Virus record (IMG/VR): IMGVR_UViG_3300047163_000028
Location: 1 to 42,968 of that record
Length of the DNA stretch: 42,968 nucleotides
Reading direction: 5' to 3' (one strand)
Source: a virus
Shown: piece by piece, positions 41,268 to 42,968 of the stretch
How positions within the stretch are numbered: position 1 is the first letter of the stretch
How the letters are laid out: every line of letters starts with the position of its first letter
Program-made: the position numbers and the translations under genes
Notes under the pieces: generated by a model
Database searches by the model: none
Told to the model about the DNA's origin: nothing
The model's input: only the letters and a program-made list of their open reading frames with translations

Positions 41268-41447
41268 ATGATTGACAAATTAATAGAGGCTATCGAGCCA
41301 TTCGCATTAACATTAATAATTTTTACCGGTGCAACCATGGCTGGCTGGGTAAAGTTCTCAAATGAAAGATATGTCGGTTATGCTGTCGTATTCTTTGGGA
41401 TCTTACTTTTCATAAAGCATGTAATGAGCCGAATAAAGGCAAAATAG
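41268..41447 (+). CDS. 59-aa two-TM membrane protein (just below the ORF-track cutoff)
   Basis: Hand-translated as MIDKLIEAIEPFALTLIIFTGATMAGWVKFSNERYVGYAVVFFGILLFIKHVMSRIKAK, with AAGGAG 7 nt upstream. Confidence 0.55.
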   Translation: MIDKLIEAIEPFALTLIIFTGATMAGWVKFSNERYVGYAVVFFGILLFIKHVMSRIKAK

Positions 41448-41468
41448 TCTAAATTACTAGACTTAAAC

Positions 41469-41927
41469 ATGAAACCACTACTAATAGCCACATTTCTAAC
41501 TGTCTTATTGATACTAGGAATGCGACCGGCTGCTACACACACTGTTTCAGCTATCTCTACCAAGCATAAGCCCCATTTAATCCCTAAGTTGGTACAACAC
41601 ACAGCTGCAACTGTAAAACCTGTTATACGGGCTGTAATTGCTCCAGTTTACACAGGTAACAATTTACTTATGCACGAAGCTGGTATAGCTGATAGTGATT
41701 TTGCGGCTGTAGATTATATAGTTTCACATGAGAGTTCCTGGGATGTAGACGCAACAGAGCCTAATTCTGGAGCACATGGGTTAGTGCAGGCGTTACCCTA
41801 TAGCAAAACAGGTTGTGGGTGGAGTGATGCGGTTTGCCAATTAAATTGGGCTAACACATATGCACGGGTTCGTTACGGGGGTTGGTGGTCAGCCCAAGCA
41901 TATTGGTCTGTACATAGGAACTGGTAA
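41469..41927 (+). CDS. Secreted lysozyme-like/transglycosylase-like protein (signal peptide plus APF/SLT C-terminal-like domain)
   Basis: Signal peptide MKPLLIATFLTVLLILGMRPAATHTVSA. DYIVSHESSWDVDATEPNSGAHGLVQALP...RVRYGGWWSAQAYWSVHRNW resembles Gram-positive secreted muramidase-like domains, from memory. Confidence 0.5.
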   Translation: MKPLLIATFLTVLLILGMRPAATHTVSAISTKHKPHLIPKLVQHTAATVKPVIRAVIAPVYTGNNLLMHEAGIADSDFAAVDYIVSHESSWDVDATEPNSGAHGLVQALPYSKTGCGWSDAVCQLNWANTYARVRYGGWWSAQAYWSVHRNW

Positions 41928-41943
41928 ATGATAGGGTGGGGGT

Positions 41944-42084
41944 GTTAGAAGGTAATTACGAGGATCTTCTAACATCTCGTAACGGTCTAACTACAATCTT
42001 ATGTTTGTGCCGACTTAGACCTTAAAATAAGTGGTGATATGTTAGTCTAGCGTGTACATGCTAGCTGTCCCTCCCACTTATTTT
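41944..42084. other. Three consecutive stem-loops in the convergent intergenic region
   Basis: GTTAGAAG/CTTCTAAC (41944..41973), GGTCTAA/TTAGACC (41984..42021), and AAAATAAGTGG/CCACTTATTTT (42024..42084) with an inner CTAGC/GCTAG hairpin. Confidence 0.6.
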
Positions 42085-42144
42085 ATTTGTGCTATAGTTA
42101 ACTTGATAGCTGCTTTATCCCAACTATCTAAAAACTCAAACTAT

Positions 42145-42171
42145 GACCCAAGTTCTAATCCTTCTTGGGTC
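42145..42171 (+). terminator. Hairpin GACCCAAG...CTTGGGTC followed by TTT
   Basis: 8-bp perfect stem with an 11-nt loop. The U-tract is short. Confidence 0.4.
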
Positions 42172-42183
42172 TTTAAATAGAAA

Positions 42184-42205
42184 AAGTCCTAGCAATATAG
42201 GACTT
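42184..42205. terminator. Bidirectional rho-independent terminator candidate
   Basis: AAGTCCTA gcaata TAGGACTT, flanked by an A-run upstream and TTATTTAATTTTTGT downstream. It lies between the convergent arms. Confidence 0.6.
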
Positions 42206-42371
42206 TATTTAATTTTTGTAGGGGTGTTTTTGTTTTATAGATACATAAACATATGTATTGGTGAGAGACTTATAAAAGTGAATCTTTTTGGGAGTATTTC
42301 TTTGAATAAAAAACTATTTTGAATTGTATGGAAGGTACGAAGTTATTGCCCTTATGGTTGGCAGTATATAC

Positions 42372-42437
42372 CTAATGTGCAATAATCCAAATAACTAAAA
42401 CTATAGCTAGTAGAACACCAACTACTTTCCAGATCAT
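42372..42437 (-). CDS. 21-codon hydrophobic ORF (speculative)
   Basis: TAATG overlap with the upstream ORF. MIWKVVGVLLAIVLVIWIIAH. Confidence 0.25.
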   Translation of the reverse strand: MIWKVVGVLLAIVLVIWIIAH

Positions 42438-42607
42438 TATGGTTTTACCCAAGGTTGCCAATTAGTGAAGATTTCTATTACTAGAACTACTAAAGCAACT
42501 ATTACGGTTAGAATACCTAAGCTATGTGCGCTAATAGTTATCCATGTAGCCCAAACTGAACCTACAAATAGAACCCAAAGGGCTAAGATTATTACTGATA
42601 TTTTCAT
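42437..42607 (-). CDS. 56-aa two-TM membrane protein (holin/antiholin-like partner)
   Basis: Hand-translated as MKISVIILALWVLFVGSVWATWITISAHSLGILTVIVALVVLVIEIFTNWQPWVKP, with AGGAG 8 nt upstream. Confidence 0.55.
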   Translation of the reverse strand: MKISVIILALWVLFVGSVWATWITISAHSLGILTVIVALVVLVIEIFTNWQPWVKP

Positions 42608-42609
42608 GA

Positions 42610-42927
42610 TTAAACTCCTGGTGTTGGGTTAGTTGGTGGTGTTAAAGACGTTGGTGTAACAATTTGTTCAACTTGTGTAGCAACCGTTGTTACTCCAGCT
42701 GCCTGACTTGCAGGAAGGGCTGCTAAGGCGTTTTGTTCGTCATTAGTGATAATCTGCTTAATTGCTACTAAAGCCACGTTTATAGGCACTGTAAGTGCTA
42801 CATAAGCTGGATTGTGTGCAAAGTAAGCTGGTATCACTGATAATAGGAATGATATAGCAACATAGAAGAATGCTTTTGCAATCTTGAACCCCTGACTATG
42901 GCTAATTTTAGTGAATGAAATTGTCAT
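42610..42927 (-). CDS. Holin-like protein (two TM segments, hydrophilic C-terminus)
   Basis: 105 aa with TMs AKAFFYVAISFLLSVIPAYFA and AYVALTVPINVALVAI. In the circular map its ATG directly follows the stop of 87..377 (TAAATG). Confidence 0.55.
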   Translation of the reverse strand: MTISFTKISHSQGFKIAKAFFYVAISFLLSVIPAYFAHNPAYVALTVPINVALVAIKQIITNDEQNALAALPASQAAGVTTVATQVEQIVTPTSLTPPTNPTPGV

Positions 42928-42968
42928 TTATTTATACATCTTTCTGATGGATTCTTGTCCATCTTTTA
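42842..42968. repeat. Terminal direct repeat, exact copy of 1..127
   Basis: See the first feature. Confidence 0.95.

Noticed and set aside
41378-41602. Reverse 74-aa ORF
   Set aside because: It is antisense to the two-TM peptide gene and the signal-peptide region of 41469..41927, both of which have good RBS and promoter context.

Overview
The window is one complete tailed-phage (Caudoviricetes-type) dsDNA genome. The first 127 bp are identical to the last 127 bp, so the unique length is 42,841 bp and the molecule closes into a circle, or is circularly permuted or terminally redundant. Genes lie in two arms. The reverse-strand arm runs from about 28213 down to 87 and continues across the junction to about 42372. 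It encodes an HTH protein, small unknown proteins, a RecA-like ATPase, a candidate small terminase, terL, portal, scaffold, major capsid, a long run of tail or virion proteins and a lysis cassette. The tail run includes a 940-aa repeat-rich fibre, a 1158-aa protein with a ParB/Srx-like segment and a LamG-domain fibre. The lysis cassette holds an XhlA-like protein, a CHAP endolysin and holin-like membrane proteins. The forward-strand arm (about 28364 to 41927) carries early, replication and accessory genes: many tiny ORFs, an SF2 helicase, a wHTH protein, a DnaD-type C-terminal domain protein, a DnaB-like helicase, an HNH-AP2 endonuclease, a PD-(D/E)XK nuclease, a DUF669-like protein, an HNH-like ORF, RusA, an HExxH protein and a secreted transglycosylase-like protein. 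The arms diverge near 28.3 kb and converge at 41.9-42.4 kb, where there is a dense hairpin array. I could not recognise any integrase, DNA polymerase, primase, RNA polymerase, tRNA, CRISPR array or reverse transcriptase. The main observations beyond ordinary annotation are listed here.

- A giant virion-module protein has a ParB/Srx-like domain.
- A fibre protein carries about 24 tandem repeats of roughly 18 residues.
- The regulatory layout is consistent: four copies of a conserved early promoter and 5'UTR cassette on the + strand, and TGATATAAT extended -10 boxes on the - strand.
- Three or four genes have a TGnTAnAAT-N6-ATG arrangement that suggests leaderless mRNAs.
- A TTAGCGTAAC decamer is clustered in two intergenic gaps.
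- A non-coding island of about 400 bp contains G6 repeats.
- Gene junctions are duplicated: a 24-bp perfect repeat, and a triplicated MKDNY start module next to a homing endonuclease.
- A G+C-richer island contains an HNH-like ORF that overlaps rusA out of frame by 272 nt.

All functional calls come from motif recognition by eye and from memory. No searches were run.
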